From positions 1,302,001-1,366,000 of the forward strand of contig LSRY02000001.1 of the NCBI GenBank assembly GCA_001643675.2: a stretch of DNA of 64,000 bases, read 5' to 3'. Made by a program: the position numbers and the translations under genes. The notes beneath the pieces are model-generated. The model saw nothing but the letters and a program-made list of their open reading frames with translations, was not told the origin of the DNA and made no database searches. Origin of the DNA: Monocercomonoides exilis PA203. Its lineage: Eukaryota > Protista > Preaxostyla. Below, piece after piece: positions 24,453-37,981 of this stretch (position 1 is its first letter; each line of letters starts with the position of its first letter).

Positions 24453-25148
24453 TTTGGAAGATTTTTTTTAACATCATAAAAAAGATCAAAAATTGAAAAA
24501 ATAAAATAAATTGTGGTACTTGTCGATCAATGAAAAATTTTGGGTTTTTTTTTTTTTTTTGTATTTGACTTTTGAAACTGTGAGTTGTATGTGTTTCATT
24601 AATATTTCTCCAAAAATAAATCAATTTGAGAATTATTACAATCGAATTTACAATTTTTCAAAAAAAAAAATTAAATAAATAAATAATTAAAAACTTGCTT
24701 TCGAAAAGAAAATAAGTCTTGTTCTCTATGGAATTGCTATTTTTTGTTAACTCTTCAATAATTTTGAAAACAAGAAATGGGATGAAATTTCAGGTTTTGT
24801 GAAAAAAACAAGAATTTGTTCCAAACTTTTTCTGAAATTATATCATAATAAGTCTTGTTATTTCATGCAAAAATACAGAAAATCGTTTCATTTAGAAAAA
24901 CAAAAGAAATTATTCAGTGGAACAAAATTCAGAATGCAAAAAAATTTCTGCCAAATAGAAGAGATAAATAGTTATTTACTTGTTTCTTTGGATTCATCTT
25001 TCGTTGTAGCACATCATAAACTATAAAAACGAAATAAAAATTTTTTTTGGAGAAAAATTTTAAAAAAATAAACATAATGGAACGATCATATTTGAAATTA
25101 AATTCTGTTTTTTTGTAAAAGTCATTAGAAAACAAAGAAGCATTATTA

Positions 25149-27129
25149 ATGTCCATAGAAAGCGTTTTAACAGCGTTAAACGAACAAGTTCAAGATATTC
25201 ACAATTGGCGAAATATTCAGGAAATTGTGAGAAGTACATTTAAACTTATGAATGATATCCTTCAACATCAAGCAGAAGCCATTCGCCGTCTGGAACAGGA
25301 GAAAATTTCGCAATTTGAATACGCTGAAGGAATGAAGACCAAGGCAGATGCTGCTGACGTGAGCTTGAAGTTTGATGCAATTGGGAATGCTCTGAATGAA
25401 AAGGCTTCAACAGAAGATGTCGCTCACCACATGTCACTTAAAGCTGATAAAAATGCAGTTCAGGTGTGATGAATACTTGTCTTTTCCAAGCATTATCAAA
25501 TTTTTATTTGAAAACAATAAGGAAATTACAAGTGAGTTACGCACTCAAATGGAAAGAAAAACAGAGAAAAATGACATTAAAATGCTTTCATCTAGAATTG
25601 ACTTATTAACAGCAGAAGTGGCAGCAAAAGCAAATTCAGTCGATGTTGCAAGAGAAATGGAGTCGAAAGCGAATATTACAGAAGTTAACGAAGCCCTTGA
25701 TACAAAGTGTGACAGAAAAATTTACGATGATCTAATGGCACAAAAGGCTTCAAGAACAAGTGTTAGTAATGCTCTGAAGCATAAGGCGAATGTTGTTAGT
25801 GTAGAAGAAGCACTTTCAAAACGGCCAACATTTGAAGAGATTGAAAACATGATGAAACAAAAAGCAGATGTTGGTACACTTCAACAGATTACTCAATCAC
25901 GCCCAGACACAACGTTTGCTCTCGATTTTTTCCTTATATGAGATGAATTATTATCTAACCGTTTTTTTTTTTGAATAAAAATTTGGTGAAAAATAGAAAG
26001 ATAAAGGCAATGCTTGATTCAGCGGTAGACGATGTACAGGGTCGAATGGAAAACGAATTAAAATTGGTTGGAGACGATATCAGAAAAATATCTCAAAAAA
26101 TTGAATCAGATGGCCAAGTTGCAACAGCTAAAGCAGCTCAAGACGTTCGAGAGTTAAAAGTGTGAAAAATTTATAAAGAATATTCCATGAAATTGGATTG
26201 AAGAATTAGACGATAAAATCTTTTGACGAATCATTTTTTGTTTATTGAAAAGTTGATGATCAGAAATAATTTCATATTTAATTTCATTTTGATATTTATT
26301 AATGAGTTCATTCAATTTTCCGTAATATATTGTCTGCATTATTCTTTTATTAGGCTCTCATATCAACTAAAGTGGAACGAAACGAATTATCTGCCATGCG
26401 AGACTCGTTGGTACAATCCCAAAAAGCAGCTGCATTAACTTTAGGAGAGCAGATGGATTCTGCAGTTGGAGAACTTCAAAGAGGATTAGAAGAAACTCAA
26501 AAAGAATTGAGAGAAAGAGTAGGAGTGATGGCAACGAGAAAGGAACTTGCAGAAGAAGTGAAGGACAAAGTGGACAGGAACGAAATTGAAAGAATGATGA
26601 ATACTAAAGTCGATAAAGGTATGCAATAAATTTTGAATAGAATATTTAATGCGACATTTTTTTGGATGCTGTTATTGCTCGATAAAAATAAATTGTCCAT
26701 TTTCATTATTATGCTGCTTTTTGATAACACTGTAATGGATGTAACATCTTTTATTTGACTTATTTTAATGGAAAACAGACGAATTCCAGCAGACCATGGA
26801 AAACAAAGCCGATATTGCCGACGTGACTGAAGCATTAACTCTAAAAGCGAGCGCAGAAGATGTGAAGTGTGCATTTATAATGAAGAAATAATACATTAGA
26901 AAAATTTTTTATTAATATATATATAATTAATGCAACTATTCATTCTTTCAAAGAAAACTAACAGAGCAGACATCAACACATCGTGCCCACCTGAAGGCCA
27001 TTCACAAAACACTTGAAACGAAGGCGTCTACAGCAGCTGTTGAAGATGTTGCTCAGGCAATTGAAAAGCGCCCATCGATGAATGATTTAAAAGCTATCAA
27101 AGAGGACGTCGTTTGTATGTATTTTAAAA

Positions 27130-27180
<51 letters not shown>

Positions 27181-28202
27181 AATGGAAACGAAAGTTTGAG
27201 AAAAAATAAAAATGAATAATTTCGATAGAATGTCAAAACTTCTGTTCATTTTTATGCTTCTATACATTTAAATATTTTGAATATTTTGTTGTTTGATACT
27301 TGTTTTTCGCATATTCCTTCTTCAATCATTGAAAACTTATTAATATTTCAAAATTTGCTTCAATTCTTCATTTATAAACTTATTTTCAAATAGCCCCAGT
27401 AGAGTTTCGCACAGCGCTTGATTCACTCACAAAGGAAATAGAATCACGAGCCACTGTTGCAGACCTGCGTCAGAGCATTGTCCAGCAGAACGCAATCAAC
27501 GAGACACTCTGCGGAGAGCAATGTGTTGGAAGGTGGGTTTGGAGAAGCGGAAAGGTCAAGTCCTCAGGATTGATCCCATGGAATGTCCAAGTTGCCAACA
27601 GGTATATAATTGCTTTTCTTATTTTCTATGTAAATTTTTATTTTTGTGCTCATGTGCTTTATTGTTTTTAATTAATGGCAATTAAATATAAAAATATTGC
27701 TTTTGTTGTACCTCAGCGCACCAGACGTTTACTTATGGGAAAAAGATAAAAGTGTTCTTGGGATTGTTCAACCTGGTCTTTATGAGGTTTCTCACATAAT
27801 TTGATAATTGAGAATTATATTTCTCACTTTTTATTTATTTATTTATTTTTTTTTTTACTAAATTAACAGCTCACATTCGGATTTTATGCGAAAAAGAAAC
27901 CATCCGTTCAGGTTTTGGTGAATGGAGAAGCAATTCTTTCTGCGGTAAATACTGCATCGTTTGCAAGCATTGTTCTTTTTCTTATTTATAACTTCATTCA
28001 ATTTTTGAAAAATCTTATTAATAGATATGTTGTTCATCACTCTTCCGGAAGAATGCTGTCAGTTGGATCTCACCCAGCTGGAAATGTTACTGGATTAACA
28101 ATGATCGATTTTATTGCGCTTCCCCCTTCAGCTAAAATTTCAATTTCTTACAGTGGAGAAGATGGAGCAGAGGGATTCATTGGTTTGAAAAAACTCTGCT
28201 AA
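25149..28202 (+). CDS. Multi-exon coiled-coil protein with KA(D/N) repeats and a C-terminal beta-rich (C1q/TNF-like) domain
   Basis: About 10 exons can be joined in frame through GT-AG introns with no stops. Repeats such as KADAADV, KANSVDV, KADIADV; C-terminus GRWVWRSG...IPWNVQ...PGLYELTFGFY...GLTMIDFIALPPSAKISISYSG. The domain name is recalled, not searched. Confidence 0.75.
27132..27179 (+). repeat. Intronic poly(T) tract (~48 nt)
   Basis: Seen directly. Confidence 0.9.
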
Positions 28203-28357
28203 ATTCATTTCAATTCCATTATCATGACACATCACAACTCTCTTTGTGTTTGCTAAAGTAGTAATCACTATTATATATGTGTTTTCGTTTTCATTTAAAA
28301 AAATCAAAAATTCACAGATCTTAGTTTCCCAATTTTTCTTTATTAATCTTTGAATGA

Positions 28358-31300
28358 ATGGAAGGAATTCCAGAACAAGCGGAAACAGAAATTGATCCAG
28401 ATGTCCAAAAGGCGAGAGATACCTTGACATTAGTTGAGCGTATTTCCTCAAAAAATTGGAAAGTTCGAAAAGATTCTTATGAAGAGATAAACGAGAAAGT
28501 TAAAGATATAACTTCTTTTTCCGATTTAGAAGCAATTAGTTTGACTTATTTTCGATTATTTATTTTTTATTGAAAAATTTATTGATTTCATTTCGTGATA
28601 TCCTTTTTAAACAGTTGAATTGATGCCATCAATTTCAGGAGAAACATTCGCAGCTGCTCAACAATCGGCATTAGATTGTATTTACTCACTAATTACATGC
28701 TGCCCAGATCCAACAAAGCTTCGCTTTCAAGAAATCATCACTAATGTTGTCAAAACAGGTTTTGGAAATGGCAGGCCTCCAATAAAACGAAAGACTGCAG
28801 ACATCCTTCTTGAATCCATATTTCACGAACATGCGGAGTTGGTGTTGCCTGTACTTTGTTCAAAATCTGTTGACAAGGCAGTTAAAATGAGCATTCCTTC
28901 ATTAAATTTCCTGACAGAAGCACTGAAGTGTGATCCCAAAAATTTATTTTTAATAAAAATTAGTAAATTTTTTTTTTTAAATAAAAGTACTTTTGGCCCA
29001 ACAGTAATTCCTCCAGCTGAAATTGTGAAAGTTTTATGCACAAATGGGATTTTGGATAACAGAAACGGAGACGTTAGAAAAGAAGCAAATCTTTTGGGAG
29101 TGGAGCTTTTAAAATGGCTTGGGGATGGAGCAAAAGCAATGCTGAAATCGGTAAAACCACAACAAATGAAGGAACTAGAGGAAGCCTATGAAAAGACAGA
29201 CAAAGCGCGTCCAACGCCAAAGCGTCAACTCAGGTCACAGGTTGCTCAAGCATCTGCCTTGGCTTCTTCTGATGAGGAGGCATCATCATCCTCAACACCT
29301 TCGCAAAAGGGATCTTCGTCCGCGCCATTGGCACCAGCAGGAGTTGATCTGTATGACGTTATGCCGCCGGTTGAGGTATTGCCTCGACTTGTCACCAAAC
29401 AGTTCAACATTCACAAAGAAGCTCGCAATCCGAAATGGAACTTGCGAAAGGCTGCTTTCGATCAGGTGGCTGAAATCTGCTCTGTTCCGCATTTGGCTCA
29501 GGGAGATTACAGAGAATTGTTTCAGACGCTGCGAAATGGGCTGAACGATGCAAACGTGGCTGTGGTGTGCTCAGTGATCAACACATACACAAAACTTGCA
29601 TCTTCACTCAGAAAAGGATATGTCAATGGGAACTGGGGCAAGACCATTCTTCCCATTTTGCTGGACAAATTGAAGGAGAAAAAAACGAATTTGATAACAG
29701 CAGTCAAAGAGCTGTGCATTTCGCTGTGCCAATATTGCATTTCTGCCGATGAATTGGCGACTGAGACGTCGTCAATCTTGTCTGTTTCGAAGGTGAAAGA
29801 GCAGAGATTAGAAATAACCCATCTGCTTTCCGAACTGATTCCGAAATTGAAAGACGAGTCGACTGGCCGTGTGAGGAACCTGAGCGAAAACGGACAAAGA
29901 GAAATGGTCGAGGCGATGGTGAAGATGGTGAACGAAGACGGCGACGGGAAAGCGAGAGAGAGCGCTGCCAAGTGCTTGGGCGTGTTGGGCGCCTATTTTG
30001 GAAGAGAGCTGGTGGAGTCGAAAATAACACATCTGACACCCGTTCGAGCTGCACTGGTCAGAAAATGCTTGGACGACGAGAATGCCGTCGGGCGCAGCGA
30101 CTCTGCTGCATCTTCATCTCAAGTGCCCTCATCATCGTCACAGCCATCTTCGAGCATTTCTCCGCCTCCTCTTCCTCCGTCTGCCTCAAATGCATCCTCC
30201 TCAAAAGGGATCCATCGCACTCGTTCTTTGTCTCCTGCCCCTCAGAACAGCGCACTTGCATCGACGCTGTTGGGAACGATGACCAACGAAAAGGCAGGCC
30301 AAAGAAGCATTCCCACAATCCACGCCAGCAGAATCCCCACTTCAGGCATCAGAGGAAGAGGAGCGTCACAAGGCCAGTCGCTCTCGCTCAATGCGACACT
30401 TTCAGGAAACAAAGGAATGAACGAAGATATCTCATCATCTTCAGCTTCAGCTTCGGCTTCTGCATCTTCTTCTTTTAATGCAAGATCTCACTCCTCTTCA
30501 CCTTCACCCTCTGTTTCTCCGTCTTTGCCAATCAGTTCTTCATCTTTAGCAGGCAGAGTTGAGATATCACAGGAACTGAACCGTCTGATTCCTGCGCTGA
30601 GCTCGCCAAAATGGTTCGAGCGGAAAAAGGCGCTGGATGAAGCAATGAAATGCATTGAGTCAACGCAAAAGCAGTGCAGCATTGTGGGGCTCAGTGAGTT
30701 CATATCTGAGCTGAGCCGCTGGCTGACAGACAGCAACCGCATCTTTGTCCAGGAGTGTGCCAAGATGTCTTCTCAGCTGGCGCTCAATGTCGGGACAGGA
30801 ATCGCCTCACACGCCAAAGTGGTTGTGCCTCCTCTTCTGCAGCTGCTGAATGACAGCAACACGCGTGTGAGAGAGGCCGCGCTGCAGGCGCTCGACGAAT
30901 GGGCAGTCCAGTGCAGTTTTGTGAGGCTGATGCGCTTTTTGCCGGCTGTTCTGAAGAAAGAAGGCGCAAATGGAAGAAGAGAGGTGCTGGGCTGGATGAA
31001 TGCACAGATGGCACTTCTCAACGCTTCTCTGCAGAAAGAGCACTCAAACCAGCAGGCAAACGAGTCATCACAGCCAGACAGCCGATGCCCCTCGCCTTCG
31101 CTTTCGATCTCAACAAATCCAGGACTGAAAGCAGAGTATCTGCAGCACTTGCGCGAGTGCCTGCCGTGTGTTGCTCCGCTCACAAACGACAGAGACCCGC
31201 AGATCAAACAGCGGGCGCAGCTGGTCCACGCCGAAGCAACCAGACTGATGAACGAAGAGGAAGAGGAAAAAGAGCATCAAGCATCGCTCTCGCGCCAGGG

Positions 31301-34253
31301 GTCGCTTCAGCCGATGGCTCATTCCTCTTCTTTTTCTGTTTCGTCTCAAAAATTGTCTTCTTCTGTTTCCTTTTCAGACCAAGTTTTCTCTCAGCAGCAG
31401 TCTCAACCGTTATTTTCATTTGGATCGCAGTCAAATGGACATCCATCAAGTTTGGATCAAAATCCGCCTCGCACTCTGACCAGCCCTGTTTCCACAACAG
31501 CACTCGAATCATTTCTGCCTTCAGCCACATCGTCCTCTGCTTCTTCTGTCATTAACATTGCATCTGATCCAAACTTGCTATCAGCTTCTGCTTCTGCTTC
31601 TTCTGATTCAAGATCTTTTCAATCGCTGAAAGCAAGCTTTGGTTCTCAGCATTTACACAACATGCCTTCGGCATCTGCTTCTTCAAACATAACAATTTCT
31701 TCATCCTCTTCTTTACCTTCTTCGTCGTCTTCTTTTTCTTCTTTGCCTTCGCTCAGTCAAACCTCATTGACTCCATCGTCGCTCTGTTCAAGCACACTTT
31801 CTTCTCTTTTGCTTCCTTCGATGATGGATCCTTCGCTTTCTTCATTGCCTGACGACTCATTTGATGGTAATTGGCAACCCTCAACGTGGCTGGCAAACGC
31901 TCTGCTTATCTTTTTCCCGCCAGACTTCTTCGCTTCTTCTCCTTCAATCACCAGCTTTATCTCCTCATCTGCCTCTTTTCCTGCTTCCTCAGTCTCGTTT
32001 TCTCTGAAGCTGAACTGCGATGTGCATCGTGCCTTCAAATTCCACAAAAAATACGGCGTGATCTCACAAACACCCGAAGGCGAAGCAATGGACGGCGTGC
32101 GCTCCACGTTAGCTGTCGTATTTGCTTTCCATTTCCGCTCTTTGATTTCTGCTCTTTCAGAAGTCAACCGCCTTTCGTCGTCTGCATCGGTTGCAGCACA
32201 AACAACCGCCATCAGCCAAACCTCAGCGTCATCCACGGGATTCCACACGAACGACCCGTTTTTGCGTCTTCTGCGCTATGCGAGCAACTCCATCCTGATC
32301 ACCTTTGCCACTCAAACACGCGGGGCGTCTTTGTCGCTGGAGGCTACACAGCACTGCATAGACACTTCACTCATTGCGTTGCTGTCGAAGTCGATTGCGG
32401 GGCTGAAGCACGAAGCAGCGCCCTTTCTGAAGCTGCTTAATAACACTGCCATCCACATCATTGACTGTGCCCATCTCACACATTCACTGAGGACACTCCT
32501 GGCTGCGATGGAGGCTGTGACCTTTGGAGCAGGCGATGATCAGCATCAGACTCAAAGGCTGCTGCAGCTGCCTGTAAAGATTGATTCTTTGGTGAAAAAG
32601 GAGGAAAAAGCAAACGAAACATCTCAAATGAATAATGAGCAATCTGAATTGAATTTGTCATCATCATCATCTTCTTCTTCTTTGGAACAATCAACTTTAT
32701 TCACAGAAATAGCAACTCAGCTTTCTTCATATCTTCCGCTTCCTCCGATGATCAACAGCGAAACAAATCCTGAAGCCGAGTCCCAGCTCATCTATCGATG
32801 CTTCACCAAGTTGCTGAGGAGGATTAAACCAGAGAATTATGGACATATCCTTTTGGAAGAGACACTCAGTGACTCAGATGTGCTGATGAGGAAGCTGTGT
32901 ATTTGCGCATCGCAAAGAAAGAGTAAAGACAGTAACTCTTCTATTTCATTTGCGAAAGAGAATGAAGCGCAAAAAAGTAATGAATATTCATCAGTGGTTC
33001 TGCCTTCCAATTCATTGTTATCTCAAAATACTGACAGTTTATTGAGCAATGAAGAAATACTGAATGATATTCGAGTAATAAAAACTCTTTTATATTGCTT
33101 GCTGGAGGCTTCTCCGAATGACAAAGGAGAGAAAGTGCTGATTGCGCTGAAGAGCAGTCCAATCCAGCCTCCATTTGTGTTGCCATGTGTGGTTGAGGAG
33201 ATGAAGGTGCTGTATGGTGCCGAAGGAGAAGCTGTGTGGAAGGCGATCAGTGAAGGTGAAGATTCCACAGTGAAGGAATGGAAAAAAATTGTGGAAGAAT
33301 TCAAAGAGGAACAAAGCAGTAATTCAATTGAGAAAGAAGCGAAAACAGCAAAACCCGAATCATTTCTTGTGTTCTCGCAAGTAGATCTTATTCCATTTTC
33401 AAAGAAAAGTTCATCATCATCATCATCATCATCTTCTTCTTCTTCAGTATTGCCCCAACAACACGAGAAAAGAAGTGATTCATCAGCCACTTCACAGCCA
33501 ATCAATCACACACCAATTCCAACAGCTTCAAGTTGCTGCTCTGTCTGCGAACCAAACGTAACCCCTTCTGTTTCAGACGTCGCAAAGGCAGTGAAAAAAA
33601 CATTTTCAGAGCTACTTCAGGAAAAAAGTAAAGAAAATGAAAAAATTGATTTGAAGTTGACAACAGAGCCTTTGAAAGTGAGTGGCACAGATAATGTGAA
33701 TGAAAGTGCAAACAAAGAAAATGAAAGCGATAACCTGACTGATTTAAAAGAAGAAATAGAATTGAAAGCAGAAAGGAAACTTCCATTATTCTTGGATGAA
33801 AGCGACGACAGCAAAATGCTGCGAAGAAAGCCAACAGCAGAAGAAATGGAAGAGCTTAACAAAATCGAGCAATTATACGCAGTAGATTCTTCATCAGCAG
33901 CATCAACTTCTTCGTCTTCATTCCTCTCATCCACAATATCTTCAGCAAACATATCAAAGGCGAACAGTTCACTTTACATGCTTCTCAAAACAAACCCTGA
34001 TTTGGATTGGCTCTGTTTGTTTGGCCAGAAAATTGGAAGTGACAGAATGCGAAGTGTTGTTAAAAGACAGCTTCAGGTGATGTGGGAAGAAGACTCTGAA
34101 CAAGAAAATACAACTCAAGTGAATGTGATATCAGATTCAAAAAAAGCAGAAAAAGAACAGCAGGAACTTCAGAAGTCGAATGAAGCTGAAAATAAGAATG
34201 AGATGGAAACTTTACGTGAAAGAATTATTGCTGCTCAGCAAAAAGCCGAATGA
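28358..34253 (+). CDS. CKAP5: XMAP215/Dis1/CKAP5-family TOG-domain microtubule polymerase
   Basis: TOG-start motifs SKNWKVRKDSYE, NPKWNLRKAAFD and SPKWFERKKALD, plus HEAT repeats (LLDKLKEKK). Introns 28539-28614 and 28928-28987 (60 nt, in frame). Confidence 0.88.
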
Positions 34254-34939
34254 CTTGCATTTTTTATTTAGAATTTAATTGTCTTTTTGAAAAACTAGAA
34301 AATAAGTATTTTTATATTTTTTTAAAATTGTCGATTGTATTTTTATTTACATACAGAAAATTACTTACAAAATCAAATGATAAATATCTATTTTTATGTG
34401 AAAGATGGTATAACGAAAGAGAATTTTTTTTGTCAAATGAGTGCTCTTCAAAAAACTGATTTTCTGATACTTAGCGGTTCAAGAAGAAAAATACTGGATT
34501 TGAAAAAGAAGAATTCTTAATTGAAAAAATTAAAAATGAAATATTCTGACGAGGTATTGAATTTGCAATTGTCATGCAACATATAATAATAGCATTAATA
34601 ACGTTCAATATTGATTACTCTATCCTTCATAAAGATAATTGTTATTGATCCTCTCATATTCCAGTCAAGAATTGTTTTTTTAATTTTTTTTCCTTCTTTT
34701 GTTCTCTGATTTTTCAAAATTTGAAGATGCTGCTTAAATCTGTAACTTCATGATGAAAGATAGAAACAGAAACCATTTGAGCGCAATTAGATGAATGAGC
34801 GAGATGGCTGAAGGAAGAAACACAGAATAGAGAAAGAACATTTCATTAACTGCAAGCAATAAATCATTAGAGGAAGATCGAGACTGAAAAAGGAAGGTTA
34901 TTGGTTGACTATTGATGCTTACACATAATTTTTAGTTGC

Positions 34940-35562
34940 CTTATTACATTTTTCTTTTCTTTTATGTTTTCTTTTTCATTCAATCTTTCTGAAATTTCAT
35001 TTTTGATAAAAATCTCAGACTGTCAAATGTCATTACGTTTTCCATTATTGATTGTTGAAGTTCTTTCAAAACTGCATCAAGAGCTCTTCCTAAAAGAAAA
35101 CAATCTGCAACAACCAATTTTGTTTGTTTTTTCACGTTTTCTTCAAAAATATCAAAAGAATTAATTTCAAAAAATATGTGAAAATCTCCTGCTGATCTGC
35201 ACAACCTCGTCAAACATACAATCAATGTGATACACTTCTCATCTTGTGACGCATTATTAACAAACAAACTGTTAATTGAATTCATCCATCATCAATAGTC
35301 CTTGCATCTTTCATTTCCTCCTCTTTTTTGTTCCTCTTTTTCACTCTAATCAACACTTTTTCGATAGCTTATCCAATTCTCTTGATGCTTCTCTTTTAAA
35401 ATGCAGCTCACTCACAACCACATTATCTTGGCTTTTGTCAGTGACTAATATGTAAATCAAAAATTGTCAAGCTAATTGATTTGCAAGTTGCGTCAGATTG
35501 TGATGTTCCCGACGATATTTGATGATTTCTGCAATCTCATTTAGGAAATGCTCTTTTTCCAT
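34940..35562 (-). pseudogene. Decayed fragment of a lineage-specific expanded gene family (HHNLTQLA / ELHFxREAxREL type)
   Basis: MEKEHFLNEIAEIIKYRREHHNLTQLANQLA*QFLI...VSELHFKREASRELDKLSK, then frameshifts, then RALDAVLKELQQ. It has both stops and frameshifts. The family is recognised from memory of oxymonad proteins. Confidence 0.65.
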
Positions 35563-36652
35563 TTTAAAATCAAAAAAATTATTTCATCAATAAGGAAAGA
35601 GAAATGCTCATTTGCGAAAGTGAATGAGAATAAAAGCAAGAATATGTGGTATTTGATATTTTGAAACAAATTCAGATATATTTAATATTTGCATTTGTTT
35701 CAAGACGGCTTACGGATTATTTCGGAAAAAAAAATAATGATTAAAATCAAATCAATGATTGATTGAGGAAAAGCCATTTAGGCCTGCTTCAGCTGCGAAA
35801 CATCAATAGTTTAATAATCGATGAAACAGCAACAATAACGGATATCCGCTTTTTTCTTTGGGCTCATCAAACACTTTGGACAGATAAAGTTGATTTCTTT
35901 CAGCTGAAATGTCATGGAATGAAAAATGCAGAAAGGAAACTCAGCCTGACTTCATGATAGAAGAATACCAGCCAATATTTTTTTCATCATAATTATTTGT
36001 GTAATTGCACAATGAAACTGAAAGAGATTTACACATAGCGACTTTTACTGATCTATGACAATAAAAGAGCGATGAAAGTGCGAATTCGAACACAAAGGAT
36101 TCAAAGGTTAATATATTATATTTTTTTGAACGGATAAGAGACTCATCTTCAACTAAAATCGATTGTTCCTGTTCAATATGGCACGCGAGAATGAAATGAC
36201 ATTTATTTGAACATCTCGTTTTCACAATTGACACGTCTCCAATAAATAAAGAAAATCATTATTATTTTTCCGTGTCTCCAAAACAATTCACAAAATGAAC
36301 AGTCAGCAATATTGTTCATAAGTCCGCTTCAAAGCGCATCTCCTGTAACAACAGCATTCATGTTTGTTGAACAAACTGATCATCACAATCTTTTCACTTT
36401 CATTCTTTATCTGATTCTTCTGTCCAGACACAAAAATCAGAATGGAAACAATCGGGTGCGACAAGCGCTTACCTTTTTGAATCATGGCTTTCATAAAACA
36501 ATTCAAACTGTCATCCTTCTTCTTCACATCATCATCTTCAAAAGAAAGAAGAAGAAAGGCTTAAAAATATTATTGTTGTTTATTAAATATGCTTATATCT
36601 GTTTTTCAAATCAATCAATGAAACTGCATGAAGCATAAAAGGAAGATGAGAA

Positions 36653-37640
36653 ATGAATGAACAATTCATTTTTTACGAAAATTTTCAAACTTATCATTTG
36701 AATGACTCTTCATTTGTAACAAAAAAATATACACGACAGTTAAAGATAGTTCACTTTCAATCAGTTTCACTTGTTTGAAGATGGGTGTAAATTCTGGGCT
36801 CATTGACTTGATGTTCATTTAAGAACATTTTCTATCTCCATATCTTCTAAGTTCAAAATGAAAAGCTCATCGAACATACAGGAACAATGACGGAACAAAA
36901 TAATTTTTCGTTTTTCAAACAGGAGTCAAAATAATGATGCAAAAACAAAAAATCAACAATTCAAAAAGCCTTATATTGGGCAGACCGATATTATTGAGAT
37001 GAACGATACAAAATCAAGTTGGTCAACAGAAGCTAAATATTAGCTCGGGAAGTGCATTCAGAGGTATCAGGAACTTGAAAAGAGCTTCACAAAGATAAGC
37101 AATCGATTTTGGTTAAATTCAAATTTGAAAAACAATAGACTCACATATAGGATTAAATATTGATATCCAAAAAAGAAATATAGGTTATACCCGTGAAGAA
37201 GCATTTGACTGACATGTGTAATTTGAAACAGTTTTTATCATTTCCAGCAAATTTTTTCCTAAAAATTATAAAATCTTTCAGATGCATTAAGTTTGAATGA
37301 TAACACCTTCGAGTGGACTTCGTTGCTAAAAATGAGAGAAATGGTTTGCATAATAAAAAAATTATCAGTTTCACAAAACTGGATCAAATATACCAATACT
37401 TTTTTCAGAGAGATATGGGAAATAAAGTTACAATTCCTGTTACAAAAGTGGAACAAAATGTGGACAGTGTGATTATCTATTATTGATAAAAAAATAATTT
37501 TGATAATTTTGTGAGAAAAAGAAAACGAAGATATATTGGACGAAGCAAATAAGGATTTCGATGAACAAACCAAAGATATTCAAGCGGATTTAGATGCTTT
37601 ATATGACAATTCCGATGCGGACATAATGTGCGACTATTAA
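36653..37640 (+). other. Candidate 6-exon gene with 5 in-frame stops in exons 2-3
   Basis: Phase-compatible GT-AG introns 36716-36764, 37112-37183, 37216-37281, 37344-37408 and one more. Stops: TGA 36804, TGA 36888, TAG 37041, TGA 37194, TGA 37206. The last exons are stop-free and acidic (EDILDEANKDFDEQTKDIQADLDALY). Confidence 0.5.
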
Positions 37641-37981
37641 CATCAGACTTATTTAGAAAAATAAGTGACAGTTAATTTTCACCTTTTTTCGACAAATTTG
37701 AAAGAAAGTTGTAATGAACATAAATGACAATGCACATTTTTTTCATTGCATTTTCTAAGAGTAGATAGAGTTTTTTTCACCTTTCTTACGATGAGATTAA
37801 TTTTTCATTTGAATTTTTATTTTTTTTCTTTGAAATGATAATATTAAAAAAAAAACAAAATTATATAAATTTCACATTTATTTGAATAGGTTAAATATAT
37901 GTTTTTTTTTCAAGAAGATTGTTTTCAGAAAAAAACAATATTATTCTTTTTATATTATTACACTAAATTTGATCCAAAATA

